DNA from: Eubacteriales bacterium
Lineage (GTDB): Bacteria; Bacillota; Clostridia; Oscillospirales; CAG-382
DNA length: 64,000 bases
Reading direction: 5' to 3'
Assembly: GCA_041672465.1 (NCBI GenBank)
Contig: JBAYZO010000001.1
Location: forward strand, 18,988 to 82,987
Made by a program: the position numbers and the translations under genes. Positions 36,482 through 47,989 of the stretch are shown here, in pieces; position 1 is the stretch's first letter; the number at the start of each line of letters is the position of its first letter. The notes under the pieces are model-generated. The model was not told the origin of the DNA. It was given only the letters and a program-made list of their open reading frames with translations, and ran no database searches.

Positions 36482-37128
36482 TAATCCGTCGCGGTCGCCT
36501 CGTCAATATAAATTGCCGAAAGCATTGTAAACACAACCGCCTGTATATAGCAGAACAAAAGGCTGAGCAGCATCATTATTACCGGCACGCCTATGGGGAA
36601 GATCTCATAAAGCTGCGAAGTAACCGATTCTTCCCCGTAAATATTGCCGTACAGCCTTAAGGAGAGCGAAACCGGTTTAATTATTTCATCGAGCAAAAGC
36701 AGCGGGAGGAGATAAACGGGTTTTACAAATCTTTTTATATAATGCCTGAACCCCAGCCGCGCCGAGTAATACTGCAGCGCGAAAAAAGTACACACGCTAA
36801 GCCCGATAGTTACCGAAAGCGAGGAAGTAGGCACATTGAACCCCGGGATAAGATTAGCCCCCGGTAAAAACCCAAGATAGTTTGAAACCATTATAAAAAT
36901 AAACATTGTGCCGAAGAACGCGAAATATTGTTCGGTCTTTTGCTTGCCGAGAATATCCCTTAAAAAATTTTCAATATATTCGACGCCGCTTTCAAGTATG
37001 TTTTGAATTCTTCCCGGACGTTCTTTAAACCTGCGAGTCATTACAAGCGAAAACACGGTAATTACCGCGATAATCGCCCACATCGTGACTATCTCACCCG
37101 TTACCGTTATTCCGAAAACGTCAAACAA
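36481..37128 (-). CDS. atpB: Fo ATP synthase a subunit
   Basis: 215 aa, polytopic. The essential Arg is in the context LSLRLYGNIYGEE. TTG start after GGGAGG. Confidence 0.9.
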   Translation of the reverse strand: MFDVFGITVTGEIVTMWAIIAVITVFSLVMTRRFKERPGRIQNILESGVEYIENFLRDILGKQKTEQYFAFFGTMFIFIMVSNYLGFLPGANLIPGFNVPTSSLSVTIGLSVCTFFALQYYSARLGFRHYIKRFVKPVYLLPLLLLDEIIKPVSLSLRLYGNIYGEESVTSQLYEIFPIGVPVIMMLLSLLFCYIQAVVFTMLSAIYIDEATATD

Positions 37129-37225
37129 AAGCCCCGCCTCCCAACCGATTATTTTTATTATTGTTTTTTACGCGTTATTTATTGCTTGTCTTTGGTTTTG
37201 AATTTGTATTATATTTGAATCAGCT

Positions 37226-37519
37226 TTAATCTCCGCCATTTTTTCTCGCCAAAATTATAGTGAAAACCGCCGAGGGTATTGTTATCCCAAACACTGCCCC
37301 TAAAACCAGCGGCCATCTTCCGAACGGAAGAGCGGGCGAGACAAAAAACACCGCGAACAGAAAAACCGTGTTTATCGCGAGCCTGAAGATATATGACAAA
37401 TAATAGGTTTTGGGGCTCGACTTAACAGTTGTCATTTTTTTGGTGACAAAGTTGTCGGCGTAAGAGATAAGCGCGCCTGAAAAAAAGGCCGCCAAAAACC
37501 CAAGAATTTTTAAACCCAT
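37226..37519 (-). CDS. Small hydrophobic AtpI-like protein, first gene of the atp operon
   Basis: 97 aa with 3-4 TM helices, in the position usually occupied by atpI/atpZ. The assignment rests on position and hydrophobicity only. Confidence 0.5.
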   Translation of the reverse strand: MGLKILGFLAAFFSGALISYADNFVTKKMTTVKSSPKTYYLSYIFRLAINTVFLFAVFFVSPALPFGRWPLVLGAVFGITIPSAVFTIILARKNGGD

Positions 37520-37552
37520 TATAAAACCTCGTTTTTTATTTACCGCTAAGCT

Positions 37553-37580
37553 ATTATAAGCAGCAATAATTAATTTTCAA
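37553..37580 (-). promoter_or_regulatory. Predicted sigma-A promoter of the atp operon
   Basis: Minus strand: TTGAAA (37580-37575), 16-nt spacer, TATAAT (37558-37553). Confidence 0.45.
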
Positions 37581-37717
37581 CACATTTTGACCCGCGTTTG
37601 TATAATTTACAAATAAAAATCCGCCTTAAATAAAAATCAAAGCCCTAAACAGGCTTAAAAGCAAAAATATTGAATATTTTACCCTCCCGCCGAAAGCGGG
37701 ATTTTAAAAACAAAAAA

Positions 37718-39148
37718 CTAAACGCTTATTGTAAAATCCCCGCCCAAAAGCTCTTCGTTCGCCTTTATGACCGGGTAAACGATATCCCTTAAATATTCTT
37801 CCGTCTGCTCGCCCGCTCTGCCCGTGAGAGCGTCCGCATCGGCGGCTTTTAAAAGTTCTTCTTCCGTAAGCCCGAAAGTCTTGTCTAAGGCTATCCGCTT
37901 TATAAGGTCGTTGTCCTCGCCGTAAAGCTTTATCCGCTCCTTGGCGGCTATCGAATGGAGCCTTATTTTTTCGTGCAGGCTTTGCCTGTCCCCGCCCGAC
38001 GCGACGGCGCGCATCAGTATGTTTTCGGTAGCCATAAAGGGGAGCTCCTCCCTGAGGTGACGGCTTATGACCTTTGGATAAACCCTTACCCCGCGCGAAA
38101 CGTTTATATAAAGGGAAAGTATCCCGTCGACGGCCAAAAACGCCTCCGGCACGACAATCCGTTTGTTCGCCGAATCGTCAAGCGTCCGCTCAAACCATTG
38201 CGACGCCGCGGTTATGGCGGGGTTAGCCGAAAGGGTCATAACAAACCTTGAAAGCGAGCAGATCCGTTCGCTCCGCATGGGGTTTCGCTTATACGCCATT
38301 GCCGACGAGCCGACCTGCCCATCCTCAAAGGGTTCCTCAAATTCCCTCAGATGCGAGAGCAGCCTTATGTCGTTGGCGAACTTTGAGGCGCTCTGGGCTA
38401 TCATGCTGAGCGCAGATAAAATATTATAATCAATCTTCCTTGAATATGTCTGCCCCGAAACATTATAACAGCCCTCAAAGCCGATCTTTTGGGCAATCAG
38501 TTCCTCAAGCCTTTTAACTTTTTCGTGGTCTCCGCCGAAAAGAGCCAAAAAGCTCGCGGAAGTCCCCGTGGTGCCTTTACAGCCGAGAAGTTTAAGGTTC
38601 GCAATCTCAAAATCCAGCCGTTCAAGGTCAAAGAGCAAATCCTGTATCCAAAGTGATGCCCTTTTCCCCACCGTCGTGGGCTGGGCGGGCTGAAAGTGAG
38701 TGTAGGAAAGCGTTGGCAGGTTCGCGTGGGTTTTGGCGAACTCATACAGCGCGGCGACACAGTTTATAACAAGCTTTCTTATGTGTTTCAGCGCGTCGCG
38801 CATTAAAATAATATCGGTGTTGTCCCCGACATAGGCGGAAGTCGCCCCGAGGTGGATAATCCCTTTTGCCTTTGGGCAAACGTCGCCGTAAGCTTTAATA
38901 TGCGCCATAACATCGTGGCGGAGCCGCGTTTCGTATTCCCCCGCTCTTTTGTAATCAATGTCATCGATATGGCTTTTAAGCTCCGCTATCTGTTCTTCGG
39001 TTATATCCAGCCCAAGCTGTCTTTGGCTTTCGGCAAGGGCTGCCCAAAGTTTTCTCCATGTCTTAAACTTATTGTCGGGCGAGAAAATATATTGCATTTC
39101 TTTTCCCGAATATCTCGCCGCCAGCGCGTTTTCATATGTTTTATTCAT
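37718..39148 (-). CDS. purB: Adenylosuccinate lyase
   Basis: 476 aa. Fumarate-lyase signature GSSAMAYKRNPMRSE, and the N-terminal region YSGKEMQYIFSPDNKFKTWRKLW is typical of PurB. Confidence 0.92.
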   Translation of the reverse strand: MNKTYENALAARYSGKEMQYIFSPDNKFKTWRKLWAALAESQRQLGLDITEEQIAELKSHIDDIDYKRAGEYETRLRHDVMAHIKAYGDVCPKAKGIIHLGATSAYVGDNTDIILMRDALKHIRKLVINCVAALYEFAKTHANLPTLSYTHFQPAQPTTVGKRASLWIQDLLFDLERLDFEIANLKLLGCKGTTGTSASFLALFGGDHEKVKRLEELIAQKIGFEGCYNVSGQTYSRKIDYNILSALSMIAQSASKFANDIRLLSHLREFEEPFEDGQVGSSAMAYKRNPMRSERICSLSRFVMTLSANPAITAASQWFERTLDDSANKRIVVPEAFLAVDGILSLYINVSRGVRVYPKVISRHLREELPFMATENILMRAVASGGDRQSLHEKIRLHSIAAKERIKLYGEDNDLIKRIALDKTFGLTEEELLKAADADALTGRAGEQTEEYLRDIVYPVIKANEELLGGDFTISV

Positions 39149-39180
39149 TTGCGTTCCCCTATTAGCGATAAAACAACACC

Positions 39181-39229
39181 TTATCTCTTCTCTCTTCTCT
39201 CTTCTCTCTTATCTCTTCTATCTCTTTCT
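39181..39229. repeat. Heptanucleotide tandem array TTATCTC-(TTCTCTC)x3-TTATCTC-TTCTATC (polypyrimidine on plus, polypurine on minus)
   Basis: Read directly from the sequence. It spans the aminotransferase stop codon (39218-39220) and the spacer before purB. Confidence 0.9.
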
Positions 39230-40432
39230 CGCCGCCATAAATCTTTCAAGCCTCTCGGCCGCTTCCTCAAGGATTTCAACCCTCGGGAGATAAACCAAAC
39301 GGAAATGGTCGGGTTTATCCCAGTTAAACCCCGTGCCGCTGGTTATAAGTATTTTTTCCTCTCTCAGCAGCTCAAAGGCAAACTTCATGTCGTCGTCTAT
39401 ATTATACATCTCGGTGTCTATTTTCGGGAAGATATAAAAGGCAGCGTCGGGTTTTTCCGCCGAAAGCCCGGGTATGGAATTAATGGCTTTCCAGATAAAA
39501 TCGCGCTGCTCAAATAGCCGCCCGCCCTCTTTGACAAGCTCATCGCTTGACTGGTACCCCCCCATTGCCGTTTGGATAATGCTCTGCGCCGGCACGTTGG
39601 AGCAAAGGCGCATTGAAACCAGAAGATTCAGCCCCTCTATATAATCGGCGGCGTGGGCTTTTTCGCCGGCAAGGCACATCCAGCCGCTCCTGAACCCCGC
39701 CACGCGGTGGGATTTTGAAAGCCCGTTAAAACAAACGGTAAGCAGATCCGGCGCCAGCGAGGCTATGGCGGTGTGTTTTTTGCCGTCCATAACAAGCCGG
39801 TCGTAAATCTCATCGGCAAAAATAATAAGCTCATGCTCTCTCGCGACGTTTACTATTTCCCCGAGTATTTTATCGGAATAAAGCACGCCCGTGGGGTTGT
39901 TGGGGTTTATAACGACAATTCCCTTGGTACGCGGGGTTATTTTTGATCTTATATCGTCTATGTCGGGTTCCCAGTGGTTTTCTTCCACACAGCGGTAGTG
40001 GACGGCTTTCCCCCCCGAAAGCACCACCGAGGCGGTCCAGAGCGGGTAGTCGGGCATGGGGATGAGTATCTCGTCCCCGTCGTCAAGCAGCCCCTGCATG
40101 GATATGGTTATAAGCTCGCTCTCTCCGTTGCCGGTGAAAACGTCGTCGATTCCGACGTTTGGTATCCCGCGAACCTGACAGTACTGCATTACGGCTTTAC
40201 GCGCCGAAAACAGCCCTTTGGAGTTTGAGTACCCCTCCGACGAACGCAGGTTATATATCATGTCCACTATAACCTCGTCGGGGGCCCGGAAGTCAAAAGG
40301 CGCGGGGTTGCCTATATTAAGTTTTAAAATATCGATTCCGTTTGCTTCCATGCGTATCGCCTCGTCCATGACGGGGCCGCGTATGTCATAGCAAACATGG
40401 TCGAGCTTGCGCGATTTTTTAATTTTTTTCAT
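39218..40432 (-). CDS. Class I/II PLP-dependent aminotransferase (AlaA-like alanine/aspartate aminotransferase)
   Basis: 404 aa. PLP-lysine context FNGLSKSHRVAGFRSGW resembles E. coli AlaA (LSKAYRVAGFRQGW). INPNNPTG is also present. Confidence 0.8.
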   Translation of the reverse strand: MKKIKKSRKLDHVCYDIRGPVMDEAIRMEANGIDILKLNIGNPAPFDFRAPDEVIVDMIYNLRSSEGYSNSKGLFSARKAVMQYCQVRGIPNVGIDDVFTGNGESELITISMQGLLDDGDEILIPMPDYPLWTASVVLSGGKAVHYRCVEENHWEPDIDDIRSKITPRTKGIVVINPNNPTGVLYSDKILGEIVNVAREHELIIFADEIYDRLVMDGKKHTAIASLAPDLLTVCFNGLSKSHRVAGFRSGWMCLAGEKAHAADYIEGLNLLVSMRLCSNVPAQSIIQTAMGGYQSSDELVKEGGRLFEQRDFIWKAINSIPGLSAEKPDAAFYIFPKIDTEMYNIDDDMKFAFELLREEKILITSGTGFNWDKPDHFRLVYLPRVEILEEAAERLERFMAARKR

Positions 40433-40474
40433 GCCGTATGCTGACCTAACCTTTCAAAAGTGCGAAAACAAAAC

Positions 40475-42097
40475 TCAGCCTTTTTCCGAAGTTCCTTTTT
40501 TATAATTGACGGCCGCCCGCACAAGACCCAAAAACAGCGGATGGGGGCGGTTGGGGCGGCTTTTGAATTCGGGGTGGTACTGAACGCCCACATAAAAGGG
40601 AATGCTTTTTATCTCAACCGTTTCGACAAGTCTTCCGTCGGGGGAGATCCCGCTGACCTCCATGCCCGCGTCCGAGAAAGATTTTTTATAGGCGTTGTTG
40701 AACTCGTAGCGGTGGCGGTGCCTTTCATTGATAAGGTCGCTCTTGTAGCATTCGGCCATAACCGTGCCGGGAAGAACGCGGCAGGGGTAGCTCCCAAGCC
40801 TGAGCGTGCCGCCCTTCGCGGTTTGGTCGCTCTGCCCTTCCATGTAATCAATAACCTTATCGGGGGAATTTTCATCAAATTCCCTTGAGTTGGCGCCTGA
40901 CAGCCCCAGCACGTTTCTCGCGAAATCTATTACCGAAACCTGCATTCCAAGGCAAATGCCCAAGAAGGGGAGAGATTTTTCCCGCGCGTAACCCGCGGCG
41001 AGTATTTTTCCCTCGATCCCGCGGTTGCCGAACCCGCCGGGAATAACCATTCCGTCAATGCCGCAGAACAGCTCGCTTATATTGTTTTTGGTGATAATTT
41101 CCGAATCCACCCATTCGATATCAATTTCCGAATTCAGCTCAAACCCCGCGTGGTTCAGCGCCTCGGCAACCGAAAGATAAGCGTCGCGGAGCTGGATATA
41201 TTTCCCCACAAGGGCGATTTTAACGCTTCCCTTGCGGTTTTTAATATGCTTTATAAGCTTTTTCCATTCGGTGAGGTCGGGAGGCGGGGCGTTTATTCTA
41301 AGCTCGCGGCAGACAATGTTTGAAAGATTTGATTTTTCAAGCATGAGCGGCGCTTCGTAAAGCACGGGGAGGGTGACGTTTTCAATGACGCAGTCGGGCT
41401 TTACGTTGCAAAAGCCGGAAATCTTGCGGAAAATGCTCTCGTCCTCGATATGCTCGTCACTTCGGAGAATAATAATATCGGGGGTTATTCCCATACCCTG
41501 AAGTTCCTTGACCGAGTGCTGGGTGGGTTTTGACTTGTGTTCGCCCGAGGCTTTTAAAAACGGAACAAGCGTGACATGGATAAACAAGGCGTTGTCAAAT
41601 CCCACCTCGTGGCTTATCTGACGGATAGCCTCCAAATAGGGCTGGCTTTCAATATCGCCCGTGGTGCCGCCGATTTCGGTTATTACCACGTCGGCGGAGG
41701 TTTTTCTCCCCACGTTATAGACAAAGCGCTTTATCTCGTCGGTTATATGCGGTATATACTGAACCGTGTTGCCTAAGTACTGCCCTTGGCGTTCTTTTGA
41801 AATGACGTTTGAAAACACCTTCCCGGTGGTGAGATTGGAATATTTGTTTAAATCCTCGTCTATAAACCTTTCGTAATGACCGAGATCCAGGTCGGTCTCC
41901 GCCCCGTCCTCGGTGACGTAAACCTCGCCGTGCTGGTAGGGGCTCATAGTTCCCGGGTCGACGTTGATATACGGGTCAAGCTTTTGCGCGGCGACTTTCA
42001 GCCCCCGCGATTTTAAAAGTCTTCCCAGCGACGCCGCCGTAATTCCCTTGCCCAGCCCGGAGACAACCCCGCCCGTAACGAAAATGTACTTTGTCAT
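40475..42097 (-). CDS. pyrG: CTP synthase
   Basis: 540 aa. N-terminal [19 protein letters not shown], plus a GATase domain with GICLGMQ and YHPEF. Confidence 0.97.
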   Translation of the reverse strand: MTKYIFVTGGVVSGLGKGITAASLGRLLKSRGLKVAAQKLDPYINVDPGTMSPYQHGEVYVTEDGAETDLDLGHYERFIDEDLNKYSNLTTGKVFSNVISKERQGQYLGNTVQYIPHITDEIKRFVYNVGRKTSADVVITEIGGTTGDIESQPYLEAIRQISHEVGFDNALFIHVTLVPFLKASGEHKSKPTQHSVKELQGMGITPDIIILRSDEHIEDESIFRKISGFCNVKPDCVIENVTLPVLYEAPLMLEKSNLSNIVCRELRINAPPPDLTEWKKLIKHIKNRKGSVKIALVGKYIQLRDAYLSVAEALNHAGFELNSEIDIEWVDSEIITKNNISELFCGIDGMVIPGGFGNRGIEGKILAAGYAREKSLPFLGICLGMQVSVIDFARNVLGLSGANSREFDENSPDKVIDYMEGQSDQTAKGGTLRLGSYPCRVLPGTVMAECYKSDLINERHRHRYEFNNAYKKSFSDAGMEVSGISPDGRLVETVEIKSIPFYVGVQYHPEFKSRPNRPHPLFLGLVRAAVNYKKGTSEKG

Positions 42098-42372
42098 AGT
42101 TTTGCTTTTTCCCTTTCACGCTTTTTTAGGGTATTTTCGGGTAATGAAATTAAATAAACCGCCGGCTGTCCCCCGCTCCGGACAAAAATAAAGCTTTTGC
42201 CTTTAATAGTGTTAAGGGCGTCTCAGATTCAATTTCTGTGACGCCCAGCCCACGCTCCGGCGGTCGTTTTAATTTTAAAGTTTTATTTTGCCGCGAGCGT
42301 TTACGGTTTGGTTTCGCGCCGCTTTGGCGCCAGAATGGCATTTACGCCCGCCCGCCTTTTAAGTTCGTTAAA

Positions 42373-42401
42373 ATTTTACATCATCGCCGGGGCTTTGTCA
42401 A
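42373..42401 (-). promoter_or_regulatory. Predicted sigma-A promoter of pyrG (would give a leader of about 270 nt)
   Basis: Minus strand: TTGACA (42401-42396), 17-nt spacer, TAAAAT (42378-42373). Confidence 0.45.
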
Positions 42402-42505
42402 TAGAATTTTAAGTTTTTTGTCGGCTTTTAGAGTCTTTGCCCCACTTTGCCCAATATAACGCCGAAATCACGCTTTATTTTTATGAATATTAAAAAATAA
42501 AACAA

Positions 42506-42535
42506 TTGACAACAGTAAATACGGTAATATATAAT
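42506..42535 (+). promoter_or_regulatory. Predicted sigma-A promoter of guaB
   Basis: TTGACA (42506-42511), 18-nt spacer, TATAAT (42530-42535). Confidence 0.5.
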
Positions 42536-42659
42536 ATTATAATAACTTAAACGCACTTTTGGGGAATTTACCCCGCGGCAAACGCCGTTAGCGGTATGAA
42601 AAAGGCTTTTTTCGGGGATTTTGACCCCGCCAAAGGCAAAAAAACGAAGAAGGAGTTAA

Positions 42660-44141
<1,482 letters not shown>

Positions 44142-44179
44142 GCTTAAAATTCGCCGTAACGCCAAGGATGAAAAAATAA

Positions 44180-45187
44180 ATGAACAAATTTTACCTCCCG
44201 GAAGGATATAAACCGGTTTTAAACTTATATCAGACCCAATCGGCCATAGGAATTCTAAAAACCGTCTTCGCGAAAAACCTTTGTGATCAGCTTAATCTGA
44301 AGCGGGTTTCCGCCCCCTTGTTCGTCGACCCCGCGACAGGCCTCAACGACGACCTCAGCGGCAGGGAACGCCCCGTGACCTTTGATATCCCGGGGGCTTC
44401 CATGGACGCGGCGGTTGTGCAATCGCTCGCCAAATGGAAAAGGCTCGCCCTCCACCGCTACGGCTTTTCGCCGGGGGAGGGGCTTTACGCTGATATGAAC
44501 GCCATACGGCGGGACGATGACCTTGACAACACTCATTCCGTTTATGTCGACCAGTGGGACTGGGAAAAGGTTATTCTCGGCGAAGAGCGGAACATACCTT
44601 TTTTAAAAGAAACGGTGGGGAAAATAATGTTCGCCATAACGGACACGCTGTCCTCCCTTAAGGCTTCTTTCCCCGAAATAAAACTTGAGCTTAAAAACAA
44701 TGTCACCTTTATAACCGCCTCCGAGCTTTACGATATGTACCCCCGCCACACGCCCGAACAGCGAGAATATTTTTTTACAAAAGAACACAAAACGGTGTTT
44801 ATCACCCAAATCGGCTACCCGCTCCCCGACGGGCTTCCCCACAGCTCGCGCGCGCCCGACTATGACGACTGGAACCTCAACGGAGATTTGATTGTCTGGG
44901 ACGAAGTCCTCGGCGCTCCGCTCGAACTCTCCTCAATGGGGATAAGGGTTGACGCCGTCTCGATGAAAAACCAACTCAAAGCGGCGTCAGCCGAAGAGAG
45001 ATCGGGTCTGCTTTTTCACGATAAAGTGCTGAAAAACCTCCTCCCCCCCACGATAGGAGGGGGTATCGGGCAGTCAAGGCTTTCAATGCTGCTGCTTGAA
45101 AAAGCCCATATAGGCGAGGTGCAAAGCTCGGTTTGGGACAAAGAAACCCTTACCCAAGCCGAAAAACACGGCGTTGTAATTCTATAG
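44180..45187 (+). CDS. asnA: Aspartate--ammonia ligase (asparagine synthetase A)
   Basis: 335 aa. Long collinear matches to E. coli AsnA as I remember it: SLAKWKR, HSVYVDQWDWE, RAPDYDDW, LNGD(L/I)(I/L)VW, ELSSMGIRVD and TIGGGIGQSRL.MLLL. Confidence 0.93.
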   Translation: MNKFYLPEGYKPVLNLYQTQSAIGILKTVFAKNLCDQLNLKRVSAPLFVDPATGLNDDLSGRERPVTFDIPGASMDAAVVQSLAKWKRLALHRYGFSPGEGLYADMNAIRRDDDLDNTHSVYVDQWDWEKVILGEERNIPFLKETVGKIMFAITDTLSSLKASFPEIKLELKNNVTFITASELYDMYPRHTPEQREYFFTKEHKTVFITQIGYPLPDGLPHSSRAPDYDDWNLNGDLIVWDEVLGAPLELSSMGIRVDAVSMKNQLKAASAEERSGLLFHDKVLKNLLPPTIGGGIGQSRLSMLLLEKAHIGEVQSSVWDKETLTQAEKHGVVIL

Positions 45188-45191
45188 GTAT

Positions 45192-45219
45192 AAAAATCCG
45201 GGCTTTCGCCCGGTTTTTT
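45192..45219. terminator. Terminator after asnA (symmetric, so it may also serve the convergent ABC gene)
   Basis: AAAAA-TCCGGGC-tttc-GCCCGG-TTTTTT. Confidence 0.75.
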
Positions 45220-45246
45220 ATATCTTAAATTTTATACCCCGACCGC

Positions 45247-47904
45247 TTACTCGGTTCTGAGCGCCACCACCGGGTCTTTTTTTGACGCCATTTTAGCGGG
45301 AATAAGCCCCGCCACAAAGGTTAAGAGCATTGAGACGGCGACAAGCGCCGCGCCCCCCGCCGGCGGCAGGCTGGCGATATTTGAAATATCCGAAAGCGAA
45401 AAGATAATAAGATTAAGCGGTATGGTGAGGACAAGGGTAAAGAGTATCCCGAAAACCCCGGCGGCAAAACCGAGGATAAGCGTTTCGGCGTTGAACACCC
45501 TTGAAACGTCCCTCTTTGACGCCCCTATCGCCCGCAATATGCCGATTTCTTTGGTGCGCTCAAGCACCGACACATAGGTAATTATGCCGATCATTATTGA
45601 AGACACCGCGAGCGAGATGGAAACAAAAGCGATAAGCGCGTAGGACACGAACTGTATAAAAGTTGAAAGCGAGGACATAAACAACCCGACATAGTCGGTG
45701 TATTGAATGGCGTTTCCGTCCCCCTCGTGCAATTGGTTGTATTCATTTATAACTCTTATAACCCCGTCTTTATCCCCAAACGTCTTGGCGTAAATGCTTA
45801 TCGACATGGGTTTGTCAAGGTCAATAACCCCTATTTTTGCGCAAACGGTTTCATAAGTGACCTCCGAGGACAGCGCGCTTTTAAACATCGCCAACACTTG
45901 CGCTTCGGGGAGGATTGATATATACGCCATTATGGCTTGTTTTTGCTGTTCGGGGAGGGTGGAAATATAGTCAAGCACGTCTTCCATGGTTATCTCGCCG
46001 CTGTTGAACTCAAGCCCCGTCAGCACGTTTATTTTTGGGTTTTCAAACTGCTGAACCGCGATTTCCCCCTCTTTCGCGCTGTCTATTAACTTTTTCGCCA
46101 GCGCCGAGGTATACCCGATCGCGCCGGTAATCGAAGTCGCTACCACGTTTTCGGACGGCCTTATTATTCCCACAATCTTAAGGGTAAGGGTTTCCTTTCC
46201 CCCCTCGTCCCCGCCGTAAACAAGGCTTTTTACAAAATCATTATCGCCCGACATATCTTTCCAAACCCAAAAATCGCCGTCTTCGCGGGTGATTTTATAG
46301 TCTTTCACAAAAAAGTCGGAACTCTTTACAACAACAAAGGTTTTGCTTAAAATTTCCTCATAGCTTATCGGATTTGTTGACTTAGGGAGCTTGTCTTCCC
46401 CGTTCTCAAAGGCCTTGTCAAGCTCGGCGGGGTCTTTTATTCCAAGCGCGTACATGGCGATATCGTTTAGCTCGTTGTTCTCATTGACCACAAGCACCAC
46501 TTCGTCATAGCTCGTTGGGAATTTGCCGGCTATAACGTCGTACTGCTTGCCGAGAAGCTCTTCGTCCTCAATCATTTCCGTCCATACGGAAAACCGTGTT
46601 TCTTCCCCGCCGAAAGACTGATGGTTTTCGGCGCCGGGTATCATTTTATCCCTTATTTTTGAAATTATATCGCTGGGGTTGACTTTTAAAAAGGTTTTTT
46701 CACCGTTTTCACCGGTGGTTTTCGCGTATATGTTAAGCCCTAAGTCATAGCTGTACTGAATTGTCGACGCGTACGCCGTCATGGGGCTGTCTTCTTCCTC
46801 AAGATATTTTTTAAAAAGGCTTAAGTTGTTTTTCTTTGAGGCGCTCGCCATGCTTGAGAGTAACTGGGTTGACATAGGGTTTGGGTAAACGGCGTCAAGG
46901 GGGTGATCCTCCTTTGATTTTTGCGATTCCGTAAGGGTTTGCAAAAGCCCCATTAAATCAACCGAGTCTTCGGTAATCCTCAGCGGGTAGGAAGATAGCA
47001 TATCCTCTTGAACGCGGTCTATGTAAAGCTGAATTCCGTTTGACAACGCCATTATGAGCGCGATACCTATAATGCCTATGCTCCCCGCGAACGACGTTAT
47101 CGCGGCGCGGCCTTTTTTTGTCATAAGGTTTTGGAGCGACAGCGACAGCGCGGTGAACATTGACATCCGGCGGTGTTTTTTTATGGGGGTCTCATCTTTT
47201 ACGTCGGGTTTGGTTGTTTCGCCGGCCGGCGGCTTTTTCTCATCCCCCGTGACTTCCCCGTCAAGAAGCGTAATAACGCGGGTGGCGTATTTTTCGGCAA
47301 GCGAGGAGTTATGGGTCACCATGATGACAAGCTTTTCCCTTGAAATTTCCTTAAGCGTGTCCATTACGGCGGTGCTCGTCTCGCTGTCAAGCGAACCCGT
47401 CGGCTCGTCGGCGAGGATAATATCGGGGTTGTTGACAAGCGCCCTCGCTATGGCGACCCTCTGCATCTGCCCGCCGGAGAGCATATTTGGCTTTTTCTTA
47501 AGCTTATCGCCAAGCCCGACTTTGACAAGCGCCTCGGCCGCCCTCTTTTTTGCCTCCGCCCTCGGCACGCCCGACAGCGCCAGCGACAGAGCCACGTTTG
47601 AGGTAACGCTCTGGTGGGGGATAAGGTTATACGACTGGAACACAAAGCCCACAAAGCTGTTGCGGTAGGAATCCCAATCGCCGTCTTTAAAGCCTTTTGT
47701 CGGCCTGCCGCCGATATAAAGCCCGCCGTCGGTGTATCTGTCAAGCCCGCCTATTATGTTCAGCAGCGTGGTTTTGCCGCAGCCGGAGGGTCCGAGCACG
47801 CAGACAAATTCGCTCTTGCCGAACTCAAGGCTCACCCCTTTTAGTGCGTGGACAACCGAATCGCCGGCGGAATAATCTTTTTTAATGTTTTTAAGTAAAA
47901 GCAT
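45247..47904 (-). CDS. ABC transporter, fused ATP-binding and FtsX-family permease (MacB-like)
   Basis: 885 aa. Walker A GPSGCGKTT, signature LSGGQMQRV and Walker B ILADEPTGSLD. These are followed by a TM helix, a large extracytoplasmic domain and a C-terminal FtsX-type 3-TM bundle. Confidence 0.9.
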   Translation of the reverse strand: MLLLKNIKKDYSAGDSVVHALKGVSLEFGKSEFVCVLGPSGCGKTTLLNIIGGLDRYTDGGLYIGGRPTKGFKDGDWDSYRNSFVGFVFQSYNLIPHQSVTSNVALSLALSGVPRAEAKKRAAEALVKVGLGDKLKKKPNMLSGGQMQRVAIARALVNNPDIILADEPTGSLDSETSTAVMDTLKEISREKLVIMVTHNSSLAEKYATRVITLLDGEVTGDEKKPPAGETTKPDVKDETPIKKHRRMSMFTALSLSLQNLMTKKGRAAITSFAGSIGIIGIALIMALSNGIQLYIDRVQEDMLSSYPLRITEDSVDLMGLLQTLTESQKSKEDHPLDAVYPNPMSTQLLSSMASASKKNNLSLFKKYLEEEDSPMTAYASTIQYSYDLGLNIYAKTTGENGEKTFLKVNPSDIISKIRDKMIPGAENHQSFGGEETRFSVWTEMIEDEELLGKQYDVIAGKFPTSYDEVVLVVNENNELNDIAMYALGIKDPAELDKAFENGEDKLPKSTNPISYEEILSKTFVVVKSSDFFVKDYKITREDGDFWVWKDMSGDNDFVKSLVYGGDEGGKETLTLKIVGIIRPSENVVATSITGAIGYTSALAKKLIDSAKEGEIAVQQFENPKINVLTGLEFNSGEITMEDVLDYISTLPEQQKQAIMAYISILPEAQVLAMFKSALSSEVTYETVCAKIGVIDLDKPMSISIYAKTFGDKDGVIRVINEYNQLHEGDGNAIQYTDYVGLFMSSLSTFIQFVSYALIAFVSISLAVSSIMIGIITYVSVLERTKEIGILRAIGASKRDVSRVFNAETLILGFAAGVFGILFTLVLTIPLNLIIFSLSDISNIASLPPAGGAALVAVSMLLTFVAGLIPAKMASKKDPVVALRTE

Positions 47905-47944
47905 ATTAACTATTGTCCTATCATCCTATCATCCTTTTAAAATA

Positions 47945-47972
47945 GCAAAAACAAGCCTGTTTATAACAGGCT
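47945..47972 (-). terminator. Terminator after the 47990..48397 gene
   Basis: On the minus strand, an AGCCTGTT-ata-AACAGGCT hairpin is followed by TGTTTTTGC. Confidence 0.55.
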
Positions 47973-47989
47973 GAACCTTTTAACTTAAT

